32,000 nucleotides of DNA, from assembly GCF_000014785.1 (NCBI RefSeq), contig NC_008340.1:300001-332000 (forward strand). The letters are read 5' to 3'. The stretch comes from Alkalilimnicola ehrlichii MLHE-1. Its GTDB lineage: Bacteria; Pseudomonadota; Gammaproteobacteria; Nitrococcales; Halorhodospiraceae. The translations under genes and the position numbers were made by a program. This document shows positions 15,307 to 24,944 of this stretch, piece after piece; position 1 is the first letter of the stretch; every line of letters begins with the position of its first letter. The notes below the pieces were generated by a model. That model was not told the DNA's origin. It worked only from the letters and a program-made list of their open reading frames with translations, and ran no database searches.

Positions 15307-16554
15307 ATGGTGGAACACGAGCCTCAACACCAGGCAAGGGGTGAGCACCGACAGGACCACGCGCACTGCTCCTTCTGTGGGCGCCCCGAGGACCAGACTG
15401 GGCCGCTCATCGCCGGGGCGGAGGCGTGGATCTGTGAAGACTGCGTGGCCGAGTCCAAGGCGCGGCTGGACAGCGAATTCACCGGATCACTGACCGACCA
15501 GCTGGCCGGTCTGTCCACCCCGAGGCAGCTGCACGCCCACCTGGACGGCTACGTGATCGGACAGGAACGGGCCAAGCGCCAGTTGGCGGTGGCCGTCTAC
15601 AACCACTATAAGCGACTGATCTGGCGCGGTGCCCGCCGGCCCGGTGAGGTGGCCAAGAGCAATATCCTCATGGTCGGGCCCACCGGCAGTGGCAAGACCC
15701 TGCTGTTGGAGAGCCTGGCCCGCCACCTGGAGGTGCCCTTCGTCACCGCGGACGCCTCCACCTTCACCGCCGCCGGTTATGCCGGGGCCGATGTGGATGA
15801 CATCGCCGTCCGGTTGCTGGAGGCCGCCGGTGGTGATCCTGCCGCCGCGCGTCGGGGCATGGTCTTTCTGGACGAAGTGGACAAGCTGGCATGCCGCGCA
15901 CCGGGCGGCAGCGGTAACGGTCGCGACTTCTCCGGTGAGGGGGTGCAGCAGGCGCTGCTGCGTCTGCTCGAGGGGCGGGTGGTTAACGTGCCGCGCCGGG
16001 GCCGCGGGGGCGGCGTCCACAGCGTGGACACCCGCGACGTGCTGTTTGTCTGCGGCGGCGCATTCCAGGGGCTGCGTCAGCAGATGGCCGGGCGTCGCGC
16101 CGGCGGTGGCGTGGGCTTCGGGGCCCGCCTGGCCGAGACCGCCGAACCGCCGGCAGTCCCGGATGCGGACGACCTGGTGCACTACGGACTGATCCCCGAG
16201 CTGGTGGGACGGCTGCCGGTGGTCACCACCCTGGAGGCATTGAGCGAGGCACAGCTACTGGAGGTCATCAGTCGGCCGCGCAACGCCCTGCTGCGCCAGT
16301 ACCAGGCACTGTTCCGGCAGGACGGCTGTGAGCTGCACTTCACCGCCGGCGCCCTCGAGGCCCTGGCCCGGCGCGCCGCCGAGCGCGGCACCGGTGCCCG
16401 TGGTCTGCGCGCGGAGCTGGAGCGCCTGTTGCTGGAACCCATGTACCACGTTCCGGCCCGGGGCGATGTCGAGGCCGTGGTGGTTACGACCGAGTCAGTG
16501 GCTGGGGCACCTGTGCGCTACTGCAGAAGCCAGGCCTTGCGGCAGGTGGGTTAG
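15307..16554 (+). CDS. ClpX-like AAA+ unfoldase paralog (divergent pore loops)
   Basis: 415 aa from the ATG at 15307. C4 zinc-binding domain CSFCGRPEDQTGPLIAGAEAWICEDC, Walker A GPTGSGKT, Walker B MVFLDEVDK, sensor-2 GARGLR. It is collinear with E. coli ClpX but has GYAG for GYVG, VGF for IGF and a shortened region without R-K-H. It is not next to clpP or lon. Confidence 0.85.
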   Translation: MVEHEPQHQARGEHRQDHAHCSFCGRPEDQTGPLIAGAEAWICEDCVAESKARLDSEFTGSLTDQLAGLSTPRQLHAHLDGYVIGQERAKRQLAVAVYNHYKRLIWRGARRPGEVAKSNILMVGPTGSGKTLLLESLARHLEVPFVTADASTFTAAGYAGADVDDIAVRLLEAAGGDPAAARRGMVFLDEVDKLACRAPGGSGNGRDFSGEGVQQALLRLLEGRVVNVPRRGRGGGVHSVDTRDVLFVCGGAFQGLRQQMAGRRAGGGVGFGARLAETAEPPAVPDADDLVHYGLIPELVGRLPVVTTLEALSEAQLLEVISRPRNALLRQYQALFRQDGCELHFTAGALEALARRAAERGTGARGLRAELERLLLEPMYHVPARGDVEAVVVTTESVAGAPVRYCRSQALRQVG

Positions 16555-16673
16555 GCAGCCGGTGCCCGCCTTGCGTAACAGTAAGTTTGGCGGTAAGGGG
16601 CTGGAGCGGCTAATATGTCGCCCTTGTGTCCAACTAGTCGGCCCTTGTAGTGGCCGGGAGCACCGAACCGCCT

Positions 16674-17750
16674 ATGTCTGATCGTACTGTGGACGACCTG
16701 AACGTCGAGAAGATCGAGCACCTCCCCACCCCCGCCGAGATCAAGGCCCAGCTGCCGCTCAGCGAGCAAGCCCGCCGTCTGGTGGTCGAGGGTCGGGAGA
16801 CCGTTCGCAACATCCTGGATGGCAAGGATCACCGGCTGTTGGTGGTGGTGGGGCCCTGTTCCATCCACGACCCCAAAGCGGCGCTGGACTATGCCAAGCA
16901 ACTGAAAGCGCTGAGTGATCAGGTGGGCGACAGTCTGTTCATCGTCATGCGGGTCTATTTTGAGAAGCCGCGCACGGTGACCGGGTGGAAGGGGCTGATC
17001 AACGACCCCGACATGGACGACTCCTTCCGGATCGACAATGGCCTGTTCCAGGCGCGCAAACTGCTGCTGGACCTGGCTGAGATGGGACTGCCCACAGCCA
17101 CCGAAGCGCTCGACCCGATCATCCCGCAGTACCTGCAGGACCTGATCACCTGGACGGCCATTGGTGCCCGCACCACCGAATCGCAGACCCACCGCGAGAT
17201 GGCCAGCGGCCTCTCCACGCCGGTCGGATTCAAGAATGGCACCGACGGCAGCCTGGACGTGGCCATCAACGCCATGAAGTCCGCCGCCCATCCGCACAGC
17301 TTCCTGGGCATCAACTCCCGCGGCGAGTGCAGTATCATCCGGACCCGCGGCAACAGCTACGGCCACGTGGTGCTGCGCGGCGGCCATGGCCAGCCCAATT
17401 ACGACAGCGTGCACATTGCCCTGTGCGAGCAGGAGCTGGAAAAGGCGGGGCTGCCCGCGCGGATCGTGGTCGACTGCAGCCACGCCAACTCCAACAAGGA
17501 CCCGGCGCTGCAGCCCATGGTGCTGAAGGACCTGGTGCACCAGATCCTGGAGGGCAACCAGTCGCTGGTGGGCGTCATGCTGGAGAGCAACCTGGGCTGG
17601 GGCAACCAGAAGCTGGGGGCCGATCCCGCTGCCCTCGACTACGGGGTCTCCATCACCGATGCCTGTATCGACTGGCCGACCACCGAGCAGGGTCTGCTGG
17701 AGGCGGCGGAAAAGCTGCGCGAGGTGTTGCCCCGGCGGGCCGCGGCCTGA
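16674..17750 (+). CDS. aroG: 3-deoxy-7-phosphoheptulonate (DAHP) synthase, class I
   Basis: DDLNVEKIEHLPTPAEIKAQLP...DHRLLVVVGPCSIHDP aligns with the E. coli AroG N-terminus. KPRT and GxxxESN-type motifs are present. Isozyme (feedback specificity) cannot be told from sequence. The start may instead be the GTG at 16650. Confidence 0.9.
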   Translation: MSDRTVDDLNVEKIEHLPTPAEIKAQLPLSEQARRLVVEGRETVRNILDGKDHRLLVVVGPCSIHDPKAALDYAKQLKALSDQVGDSLFIVMRVYFEKPRTVTGWKGLINDPDMDDSFRIDNGLFQARKLLLDLAEMGLPTATEALDPIIPQYLQDLITWTAIGARTTESQTHREMASGLSTPVGFKNGTDGSLDVAINAMKSAAHPHSFLGINSRGECSIIRTRGNSYGHVVLRGGHGQPNYDSVHIALCEQELEKAGLPARIVVDCSHANSNKDPALQPMVLKDLVHQILEGNQSLVGVMLESNLGWGNQKLGADPAALDYGVSITDACIDWPTTEQGLLEAAEKLREVLPRRAAA

Positions 17751-17883
17751 AGGGTCGACGTCGTGAACTGAATCAATAATAATGTAAAGAACGTGCCAAA
17801 ACCCGACAAAGGGTTGGCATACAGGCGGCGGGCGCTGACGCCGTTTCCGGCGCGGCGCGGCTGTGACCATGGAGGACACCATC

Positions 17884-18315
17884 ATGGCTGACAAACGCAG
17901 GCTTCCCGTGCACGGCATTGAGCCGTACCAGCCGGAGGAAGGCGAGGAGTACATGAGCGAGGCGCAGCTGGAGCACTTCCGCCAGTTGCTGCTGGCCTGG
18001 AAGCGCGAGCTGCAGGAGGAGGTGGAGCGCACCGTGCACCACATGCGCGATGACGCGAACAACTTCGCCGATCCCAACGACCGCGCAACCCAGGAGGAGG
18101 AGTTCGCCCTGGAGCTGCGAACCCGGGATCGTGAGCGGAAGCTCATCCGCAAGATCGACCAGACCCTGGAGAAGATCCGCAAGGATGATTACGGCTACTG
18201 CGATCAGTGCGGTATCGAGATCGGGCTGCGGCGGCTGGAGGCCCGGCCCACGGCCACGCTGTGTATCGACTGCAAGACGCTCGAGGAGATCCGCGAGCGT
18301 CAACGGGTGGCCTGA
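17884..18315 (+). CDS. dksA: RNA polymerase-binding transcription factor DksA
   Basis: GIEPYQPEEGEEYMSEAQLEHFRQLL..., DPNDRATQEEEFALELRTRDRERKLI coiled-coil tip and CDQCGIEIGLRRLEARPTATLCIDC zinc finger. ATG at 17884 sits 7 nt after GGAGGA. Confidence 0.95.
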   Translation: MADKRRLPVHGIEPYQPEEGEEYMSEAQLEHFRQLLLAWKRELQEEVERTVHHMRDDANNFADPNDRATQEEEFALELRTRDRERKLIRKIDQTLEKIRKDDYGYCDQCGIEIGLRRLEARPTATLCIDCKTLEEIRERQRVA

Positions 18316-18340
18316 CCCCGCCAGCGCTGAGCTGAACCTG

Positions 18341-18383
18341 AGGCCCACCCCGGCGCTGCCGGGGTGGGCCTTGTCATTTTCTC
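18341..18383 (+). terminator. Rho-independent terminator after dksA
   Basis: 13-bp perfect stem aggcccaccccgg / ccggggtgggcct with loop cgctg, followed by tgtcattttctc. Confidence 0.75.
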
Positions 18384-18436
18384 AAGGGCTGCGCCCCGGC
18401 CCGTGGCGTGGCTGATCACCCCTGCAGGTTGCCCCC

Positions 18437-19192
18437 ATGCACGCACAACGGCTGGTGCAGATCACCGACTGCCACCTCAGTGCCGCCCCCGGCAAGCGGG
18501 TTCGTGGCATGGATCCCTGGCGCAGCCTGGATGCGGTGCTGGCGGCCATCGGCCGCGGTCCCCGCCCCGATCTGCTGCTGGTCTCCGGCGATCTGACCCA
18601 GGACCTGGGCAAACCCGTGCTGGCGCGGTTGCGTGAGCGGTTGGTACCGTTGGCCGACCGGGTACTGGCCCTGCCTGGCAACCACGATGACCCGGAAGCG
18701 TTGGCACGGGTCTTCCCCGGCAGCCCCGTGGATACCGGTGCCACCAGCCATTCGCTGGGCGAATGGCAATTGCTACTGATGGACACCTCGCGCCCCGGGC
18801 GCGTTGAGGGCGAGATGGGGGTACAGCGCCTGGAGGCGCTGGAGTTCCTGCTGCACGAGGGCCCGGCCCTCTGCGCGGGCCACCATCCCCCGCTGGCCTG
18901 CGGTTCGGCCTGGCTCGACGCCATTGGGCTGGAGGATGGTGCCACCCTGCTGGCCTGGCTGAAGCGCCACCCGCAGGTGCGTGGGATGCTCTTCGGCCAC
19001 ATCCACCAGGCCCTGGACCGGCGCCAGGGCGCACTGCGCCTGCTCGGCACGCCCGCCACCAGCTTTCAGTTCCGTCCGGGGCGGGCCCGCTTTGCCTTGG
19101 ATACGCGGCTGCCCGGTTATCGCACGGTCAAGCTCTGGCCCAACGGTCGCCTGACCAGCCGGGTGTCGCGGGTGGCGGTGCCCGGCACCTGA
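18437..19192 (+). CDS. cpdA: 3',5'-cyclic-nucleotide phosphodiesterase (metallophosphoesterase)
   Basis: 251 aa. QITDCHL, SGDLTQD, LPGNHD, GHHPP and FGHIHQ motifs in the order found in E. coli CpdA, with C-terminal PGYRTVKLWPNGRL similarity. Confidence 0.85.
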   Translation: MHAQRLVQITDCHLSAAPGKRVRGMDPWRSLDAVLAAIGRGPRPDLLLVSGDLTQDLGKPVLARLRERLVPLADRVLALPGNHDDPEALARVFPGSPVDTGATSHSLGEWQLLLMDTSRPGRVEGEMGVQRLEALEFLLHEGPALCAGHHPPLACGSAWLDAIGLEDGATLLAWLKRHPQVRGMLFGHIHQALDRRQGALRLLGTPATSFQFRPGRARFALDTRLPGYRTVKLWPNGRLTSRVSRVAVPGT

Positions 19193-19198
19193 GCCGGG

Positions 19199-20284
19199 TC
19201 AGTCCCCGGCGAGGGCGGCCAGTTGGTCCGCCTGGTGCTCGGTGCGCAGCGGTTCCACCAATTGATCGAGATCGCCCTGCAGGATCTCCTCCAGCCGGTA
19301 GAGGGTGAGGTTGATGCGGTGGTCGGTGATCCGGCCCTGGGGGAAATTGTAAGTGCGGATCCGCTCGGAGCGGTCGCCGCTGCCCACCAGTTGCCGGCGC
19401 TGCTCGGTCTGTTGGGCGCTCTGCTCGGCCTGCTGTGCGTTCTTCAGCCGGGCCTGCAGCAGCGCCAGGGCCTGGGCCCGGTTTTTGTGCTGTGAGCGCT
19501 CGCTCTGGCACTCCACCACCACCCCCGTGGGCAAGTGGGTGATGCGGATGGCGGAGTCGGTCTTGTTGACGTGCTGGCCGCCGGCCCCAGAGGCGCGGAA
19601 GGTGTCCACGCGCAATTCCGCGGGGTTGATGGTGATGTCCTCGACGGCGTCGGGCTCCGGCAGCACCGCCACGGTGCAGGCCGAGGTGTGGATACGCCCC
19701 TGGGACTCGGTCTCCGGCACCCGCTGGACCCGGTGGGCCCCGGACTCGAACTTGAGCCGCGACCAGGCCCCCTCGCCGCTGATGCGGGTGATCACCTCCT
19801 TGTAGCCGCCCTGTTCGCCCTCGCTGGCGCTGATCTCCTCCAGGCGCCAGCCGTGGCGCTCCGCGTAGCGGGCGTACATCCGCAGCAGGTCGCCGGCGAA
19901 CAGCGCCGCCTCGTCGCCGCCGGTGCCGGCGCGGATCTCCAGGTAGAGGTTGCGGCCGTCGTTGGGGTCGGGGGGCAGCAGCAGGACTTGCAACTCGGCC
20001 TCCAGGGCCTCGAGTCGCGCCTGGGCCTGGCTGATCTCCTCCTCGGCCATCTCGCGGATCTCCAGGTCGTCGTCCCGGGCCATTTCCCGCGCCGAGGCCA
20101 GCGCCTGCTCGGTTTCCTGGTAGTGATTCAGCTCGGCGATGACCGGCTCAAGCTGGGCGTACTCGCGTGACAGGGCAGCAAAGCGCTTCTGATCAGAGGC
20201 GGTGTCCGGCTCAGCCAGTAGAGCGCTGATCTCCTCGTGCCGCTCCCTGAGTCGTTCCAGTTTGTTCCTTATCGACGCTTTCAC
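19199..20284 (-). CDS. prfA: Peptide chain release factor 1
   Basis: 361 aa. [24 protein letters not shown]-terminus, PET tripeptide ([13 protein letters not shown]) and [19 protein letters not shown] motif. Confidence 0.97.
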   Translation of the reverse strand: MKASIRNKLERLRERHEEISALLAEPDTASDQKRFAALSREYAQLEPVIAELNHYQETEQALASAREMARDDDLEIREMAEEEISQAQARLEALEAELQVLLLPPDPNDGRNLYLEIRAGTGGDEAALFAGDLLRMYARYAERHGWRLEEISASEGEQGGYKEVITRISGEGAWSRLKFESGAHRVQRVPETESQGRIHTSACTVAVLPEPDAVEDITINPAELRVDTFRASGAGGQHVNKTDSAIRITHLPTGVVVECQSERSQHKNRAQALALLQARLKNAQQAEQSAQQTEQRRQLVGSGDRSERIRTYNFPQGRITDHRINLTLYRLEEILQGDLDQLVEPLRTEHQADQLAALAGD

Positions 20285-21551
20285 GGGTGTCCTCGTTGGC
20301 GTTTTCGATCTGCAACAGGGTGCGTGCCAGCTCGATGCGCTCGCGGTCGCCGGCCTCAGCCGCCTCGCGCAGGCCCACGGTGGGGGCGTGCAGCAACCGG
20401 TTGGTGAGCGTGTGGCTCAGCCAGGCCAGCACCCGCTCCGGGGGCTCGCCGCAGCGCAGACGGCGGTTGGCCCGTTGCAGCAGCTCGCGCGCGTGGGCGT
20501 GGCCGCGCTCGCGAAAATCACAAATGCTGGCCACCGCCTGTTGGGCGCGCCGCCAGCTCAGAAATTGATCCACCTGGCGTTGGACGATCTCCTCGGCCTG
20601 GTGCGCGGCCTCCTCCCGCGAGCGTCGGTTCTCGGCAATCACCTCGCGCAGGTCGTCCACCGTGTACAGGTAGACATCGTCCAGGTTGCCGGCCTCCGGC
20701 TCGATATCCCGCGGCACGGCCAGGTCCAGCATGAACATGGGCCGGTGCCGGCGCTTGCGTACTGCCCGCTCCACCGTGCCCTTGCCCAGGATGGGTAGCG
20801 GGCTGGCGGTGGAGGCGACCAATACGTCCGCCTCCGGGAGCCGGGTGGGGATCTCGCTCAAGGGGATGGCCTCGCCGCCCTCCAGCTCCACCAATTGGCG
20901 GGCGCGCTCCAAGTTGCGGTTGGCGACGATGAGGTTCTTCAGCCCCTGCTCGCGCAGATGGCGCGCCACCAGTTCAATGGTCTCGCCGGCGCCGATGAGC
21001 AGTGCGGTGCGGTTTTGGAAGTCGTCGAAGATCTGTCGTGCCAGGGTCACGGCGGCGAAGGCCACCGAGACCGGATTGGCGCCGATGCCGGTGTCGGTCC
21101 GGACCTGTTTGGCCACCGAAAAGGCGTGCTGGAAGAGCCGGTCCAGCACGCGGCCCATGGTGCCGGCGTCGATGGCGCCCTGATAGGCGATCTTGGCCTG
21201 GCCGAGGATTTGCGGCTCGCCCAGCACCAGGGAGTCGAGGCCAGCCGAGACGCGCATCAGGTGGCGGACCGCGCCGGCACCCTCGTGCAGGTAGAGATAG
21301 TCGCGCAGCCATTCCGGGTCCAACCGGTGGTAGCGTGCCAGCCACTCGCCCAGCATCTCCGGTGCCCGGTCGTCCATCCGCACGTAAAGTTCGGTGCGGT
21401 TGCAGGTGGACAGGATGGCCGCCTCGCGCGCGGTGGTGTGAGCGCGCAAATGCTGCAGTGCCGCCGTAACCGCGTCCGGCGCGAAGACGATCTGCTCCCG
21501 GATGTTCACGGGGGCGCTCTTGTGGTTAAGGCCCAAGGCGAAAAGAGACAT
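20211..21551 (-). CDS. hemA: Glutamyl-tRNA reductase
   Basis: 446 aa. [30 protein letters not shown] active-site Cys and [16 protein letters not shown] fold. The 3' end overlaps prfA by 74 nt in another frame. Confidence 0.93.
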   Translation of the reverse strand: MSLFALGLNHKSAPVNIREQIVFAPDAVTAALQHLRAHTTAREAAILSTCNRTELYVRMDDRAPEMLGEWLARYHRLDPEWLRDYLYLHEGAGAVRHLMRVSAGLDSLVLGEPQILGQAKIAYQGAIDAGTMGRVLDRLFQHAFSVAKQVRTDTGIGANPVSVAFAAVTLARQIFDDFQNRTALLIGAGETIELVARHLREQGLKNLIVANRNLERARQLVELEGGEAIPLSEIPTRLPEADVLVASTASPLPILGKGTVERAVRKRRHRPMFMLDLAVPRDIEPEAGNLDDVYLYTVDDLREVIAENRRSREEAAHQAEEIVQRQVDQFLSWRRAQQAVASICDFRERGHAHARELLQRANRRLRCGEPPERVLAWLSHTLTNRLLHAPTVGLREAAEAGDRERIELARTLLQIENANEDTRESVDKEQTGTTQGAARGDQRSTG

Positions 21552-21691
21552 GAATGGCTACGTGTCAGCGGCGTAATTCGCGCCGGTGGCTTGTCAAAAC
21601 GGCCGGCACCCGGTCCCCCGGCTGGTGTTGCACAGGTGCATCGGGCATCATCGCTATGGTAACGCTTTAAATCCCCGAGGGCAGCATTGGA

Positions 21692-23446
21692 ATGCAGAAA
21701 GACCGCCTGACACCATGGCGCCGGCTTGGTATCGGCCACCGGCTGCTCCTGTCGCTCACCGCTTTGGCGGTGCTGGCCGGCTGCGCGTCCGTCGCCCCCG
21801 ACTCCGCGCCCACCCCCGTTGAGCCGCCCGTCGCGGTGGTCAGCGACTTGCCCCCCTGGGAGGACGACCCCAAGGCGCGGCTGCTCTACACCATGATGGT
21901 GGCCGAGATGGCGCGCCACCGCGGCGACGCCGACCAGGCCCTGGCCGCCTATCTGGAGGCCATGCATCTTACCCGGGATACCCGGCCGGCTGAACAGGCC
22001 GCGCAGCTGGCGATCATCCAGGGGCGGCTCGACGATGCCCTGGCGGCGCTGCAGCGCTGGGATGCCCTGGATGACGACAACGCCGAGGTGGATCGGCTGC
22101 TGGGGTTGTTGCACCTGCGCGCCGGCGAGCCCGATCGTGCTTACCACCACCTGTCGCGCTACCTGGAGACGTTGGACGGCGAGGTGCGCCAGGCCTTTCA
22201 AGGGCTGGGTGAGCTGATGGGCCGTGAGGCGCGGGCGGACGACGTACTCCAGGTGCTGGAGCGGTTGGCGGATGAGTACGCCGGCCACGCCAGCGCGCAG
22301 GTGGCGTTGGCCCGGGCGGCCATGCAACTGGGGCGCCTGGAGACTGCCCTGGAGGCGTCCCGCCGAGCCGCCGAGCTGGACCCGGACTGGCAGGCGCCGC
22401 GGATGCTGGAGGTGCAAGCGCTGGTCAACCTAGACCGGCCCGAGGCCGCCCTGGACGTGGTGGAGGCGCTGCTGGCCCAGGATGCCGAGGACCGCAGCCT
22501 GCGGATGCTGCACGCCCGTCTGCTGGTCAACATGGGGCATCGCGAGCGCGCCCTGGAGGAGTTCGAGGTGTTGATGGCGCAGCGCCCCGATGACCTGGAG
22601 GTGGCCTATGCGGCAGCCCTTCTCGCCACCGACCTGCGCCGCTGGGACCAGGCCCGAGAATACTGGCAGTTCATTGCCAAGCGGGCCTATCAGCGTGCCG
22701 AGGCCTTTTACCGTCTGGGCCGCATCGCCGAGCAGGAGGGTAACCGGGAGGAGGCGCGTGCCTGGTACGAGCGGGTGCCCGGTGAGTATTGGACCGACGC
22801 GCAACTGGCGCTGGCGCGCATGGAGATGGACGACGGCCGCGAAACGCAGGCCCGGGAGCGGCTGGCGGCGGTGCGCGAGCAACGCCCGGCGGAGCGCACC
22901 CGGGCCTGGACCCAGGAGGCCCATCTGTTGTCCGGTCAGGGCCGGGCCGGAGAGGCGGTGGCGTTGCTCGATGACGCCCTGGAGGCGGAGCCGGGGGACC
23001 ACAGCCTGCTCTACGCCCGTGCCCTGGCGCGGGTGGAGACGGGGGATCTGGCCGGGGCGGAGGCGGACCTGCGCGCCATTCTGGCCGATGAACCGGACGA
23101 CGCCCACGCCCTGAACGCCCTGGGGTATACCCTGGCCGATGCCGGTGAGCGCCTGGAGGAGGCCCGCGAGCTCATCGCCCGTGCGCTGGCACAGGAGCCC
23201 GACCATCCGGCGATTCTCGATAGCAAGGGCTGGGTGCTCTACCGTCTGGGCAAGCCGGAGGCTGCGCTCGACTATCTGGAGCGGGCCTGGGCCCGGCAGC
23301 CGGATCCGGAGATTGGCGCCCACCTGGGCGAGGTGCTCTGGGTGCTGGGCCGCCGAGAGGAGGCGCGCGCCATCTGGGAGGCCGCCGAGGAACTGGAAGC
23401 CGACCACCCGGTACTGCGGGAGACCCTGGAGCGGCTGCGGCCATGA
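21692..23446 (+). CDS. TPR-repeat lipoprotein (conserved gene upstream of lolB)
   Basis: 584 aa. The signal sequence ends in the lipobox LAGC (LLLSLTALAVLAGCAS), followed by many TPR-like helical repeats. Its stop overlaps the lolB ATG (ATGA). Confidence 0.8.
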   Translation: MQKDRLTPWRRLGIGHRLLLSLTALAVLAGCASVAPDSAPTPVEPPVAVVSDLPPWEDDPKARLLYTMMVAEMARHRGDADQALAAYLEAMHLTRDTRPAEQAAQLAIIQGRLDDALAALQRWDALDDDNAEVDRLLGLLHLRAGEPDRAYHHLSRYLETLDGEVRQAFQGLGELMGREARADDVLQVLERLADEYAGHASAQVALARAAMQLGRLETALEASRRAAELDPDWQAPRMLEVQALVNLDRPEAALDVVEALLAQDAEDRSLRMLHARLLVNMGHRERALEEFEVLMAQRPDDLEVAYAAALLATDLRRWDQAREYWQFIAKRAYQRAEAFYRLGRIAEQEGNREEARAWYERVPGEYWTDAQLALARMEMDDGRETQARERLAAVREQRPAERTRAWTQEAHLLSGQGRAGEAVALLDDALEAEPGDHSLLYARALARVETGDLAGAEADLRAILADEPDDAHALNALGYTLADAGERLEEARELIARALAQEPDHPAILDSKGWVLYRLGKPEAALDYLERAWARQPDPEIGAHLGEVLWVLGRREEARAIWEAAEELEADHPVLRETLERLRP

Positions 23447-24045
23447 GGCGCGGGCGTCTGCTTATTGCCGGCCTGGCGGCGCTGGTGCTGTCCGCCTGCG
23501 CCACCCTCCCCGAGCCGGTGGACGACCCAAAGGCCCGCTACCAGGAGGCGGTCGAGCGACTGCGGGCGCAGACCGACTGGGACGCGAGCGGGCGTGCCGC
23601 CCTGCGCACTGCGGACGATGCCGGCAGCCTGTCGTTGGAATGGCGCCAGCGCGGAGAGACCTACCAAGTGGACCTGCGCGCCCCCCTGGGTGCCGGCAGC
23701 GCGCGGCTGGAGGGCGGGCCGGAGGGGGTCTGGCTGACCACCTCGGCCGGTGACCGCGAGTACGCCCCGGACCCCGAGACCCTGGTGGCCTGGTTCACCG
23801 GCTACCAGGTGCCCGTCAGCGCCCTGCGCTACTGGCTGCGTGGCCTCGACGCCCCGGGGCCTGAGGTGGAGCGGCTGGACCTCGACCCGGCCGGGCGACC
23901 GGAGCGGCTGCATCAGGCCGGCTGGGAGGTGGTCTACCGGGACTGGAGCCAGACCAACGGCCTGCCACTGCCCCGGCGGTTGGACATCTCCCGCGGCGAG
24001 GACAGCGTGCGGGTGGTGATCCGCGATTGGAGCCTGGCACCATGA
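23443..24045 (+). CDS. lolB: Outer-membrane lipoprotein insertion protein LolB
   Basis: 200 aa. Lipobox LSAC (MRRGRLLIAGLAALVLSACA), with size and position (between the TPR gene and ispE) as in other gammaproteobacteria. Contains YWLRG and WEVVYRDW segments. Confidence 0.8.
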   Translation: MRRGRLLIAGLAALVLSACATLPEPVDDPKARYQEAVERLRAQTDWDASGRAALRTADDAGSLSLEWRQRGETYQVDLRAPLGAGSARLEGGPEGVWLTTSAGDREYAPDPETLVAWFTGYQVPVSALRYWLRGLDAPGPEVERLDLDPAGRPERLHQAGWEVVYRDWSQTNGLPLPRRLDISRGEDSVRVVIRDWSLAP

Positions 24046-24917
24046 GCTGGTCCCGCCACTGGCCGGCCCCGGCCAAGATTAACCTTTTCCTGCACATCCT
24101 CGGCCGCCGCCCCGACGGCTATCATCGGCTGCAGACCGCCTTCCAGATCCTGGACCGGGGTGACGAACTGGCGTTCCGGGTCCGCCCCGACGGTGAGCTG
24201 CGGCGCCGGGGCGGACTGGATCACGTGCCGCCGGACCAGGACCTGACCGTGCGTGCCGCCCGCCTGCTGCAACAGACCACCGGTTGCCGGCTCGGCGCGG
24301 ACATCGTGCTGGACAAACGCCTGCCCGATGGCGGCGGCCTGGGCGGCGGCAGCTCCAACGCCGCCACCGTGCTGCAAGCCTTGAACCGGCTCTGGGGCAC
24401 CGGCCTGTCGACCCTGGAGCTGGCTGGCCTGGGTCTGCGGCTGGGCGCCGATGTGCCGGTCTTCGTGCATGGCCGAACCGCCTGGGCGGAGGGGGTGGGC
24501 GAGCGGCTTACCCCCATTGAGACCCCGTCGCGCTGGTTTCTGGTGGTGCATCCCGGGTGCCGCGTGTCCACCGCCGAGGTCTTCGCCGCGGAGGGTTTGA
24601 CAAGGGACAGCGCGCCGAGCACAATATCGGCCCTTCGCGCCGGGAGGGTCCGCAATGACTGCGAGCCCTGGGTGCGTGCCCACTACCGCGCCGTGGACGA
24701 GGCCCTGGGTTGGCTGTCGCGGTTTGCGCCGGCACGCATGACCGGCACGGGGGCCTGCGTGTTCGCGCCCTTCGAGCGCGAGGCGCAGGCCCGGGCCGCG
24801 CTGGACAGGCTGCCGGCCGCCTGGCAGGGTTTCGTGGCGCAAGGCGTTGCGTGCTCCTCCTTGCTTGGGCGGTTGCGTGGTGAGCAGGACAGCGCCGACA
24901 GGGATGGCCCGACATAG
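24042..24917 (+). CDS. ispE: 4-diphosphocytidyl-2-C-methyl-D-erythritol kinase
   Basis: ATG at 24042 overlaps the lolB stop (ATGA). WPAPAKINLFLHILGRRPDGYH and the GHMP kinase motif PDGGGLGGGSSNAA. Confidence 0.93.
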   Translation: MSWSRHWPAPAKINLFLHILGRRPDGYHRLQTAFQILDRGDELAFRVRPDGELRRRGGLDHVPPDQDLTVRAARLLQQTTGCRLGADIVLDKRLPDGGGLGGGSSNAATVLQALNRLWGTGLSTLELAGLGLRLGADVPVFVHGRTAWAEGVGERLTPIETPSRWFLVVHPGCRVSTAEVFAAEGLTRDSAPSTISALRAGRVRNDCEPWVRAHYRAVDEALGWLSRFAPARMTGTGACVFAPFEREAQARAALDRLPAAWQGFVAQGVACSSLLGRLRGEQDSADRDGPT

Positions 24918-24944
24918 CCGACGGTGTCGGCACCGATCAACAAC

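Noticed and set aside
13468-15344. Plus-strand ORFs of 287, 120 and 514 aa spanning the lpd-prmC gap and prmC
   Set aside because: The translations are extremely P/R/A/S-rich. They run antisense to prmC and trm112 or across the palindromic non-coding gap, with no RBS or motif support.
16551-18182. 543-aa minus-strand ORF
   Set aside because: It is antisense to DAHP synthase and dksA, both of which are certain.
19190-19201. Convergent gene ends with almost no spacer (cpdA/prfA 6 nt apart; ychF/desaturase stops overlapping at 28505..28508)
   Set aside because: This is common in compact genomes. There is no structure or motif beyond the stop codons themselves.
24918-24932. 6-bp hairpin gccgac-ggt-gtcggc between the ispE stop and tRNA-Gln
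   Set aside because: The 3-nt loop is very tight and there is no U-tract. It may be a processing or minor structure, but the evidence is too weak to call a terminator.
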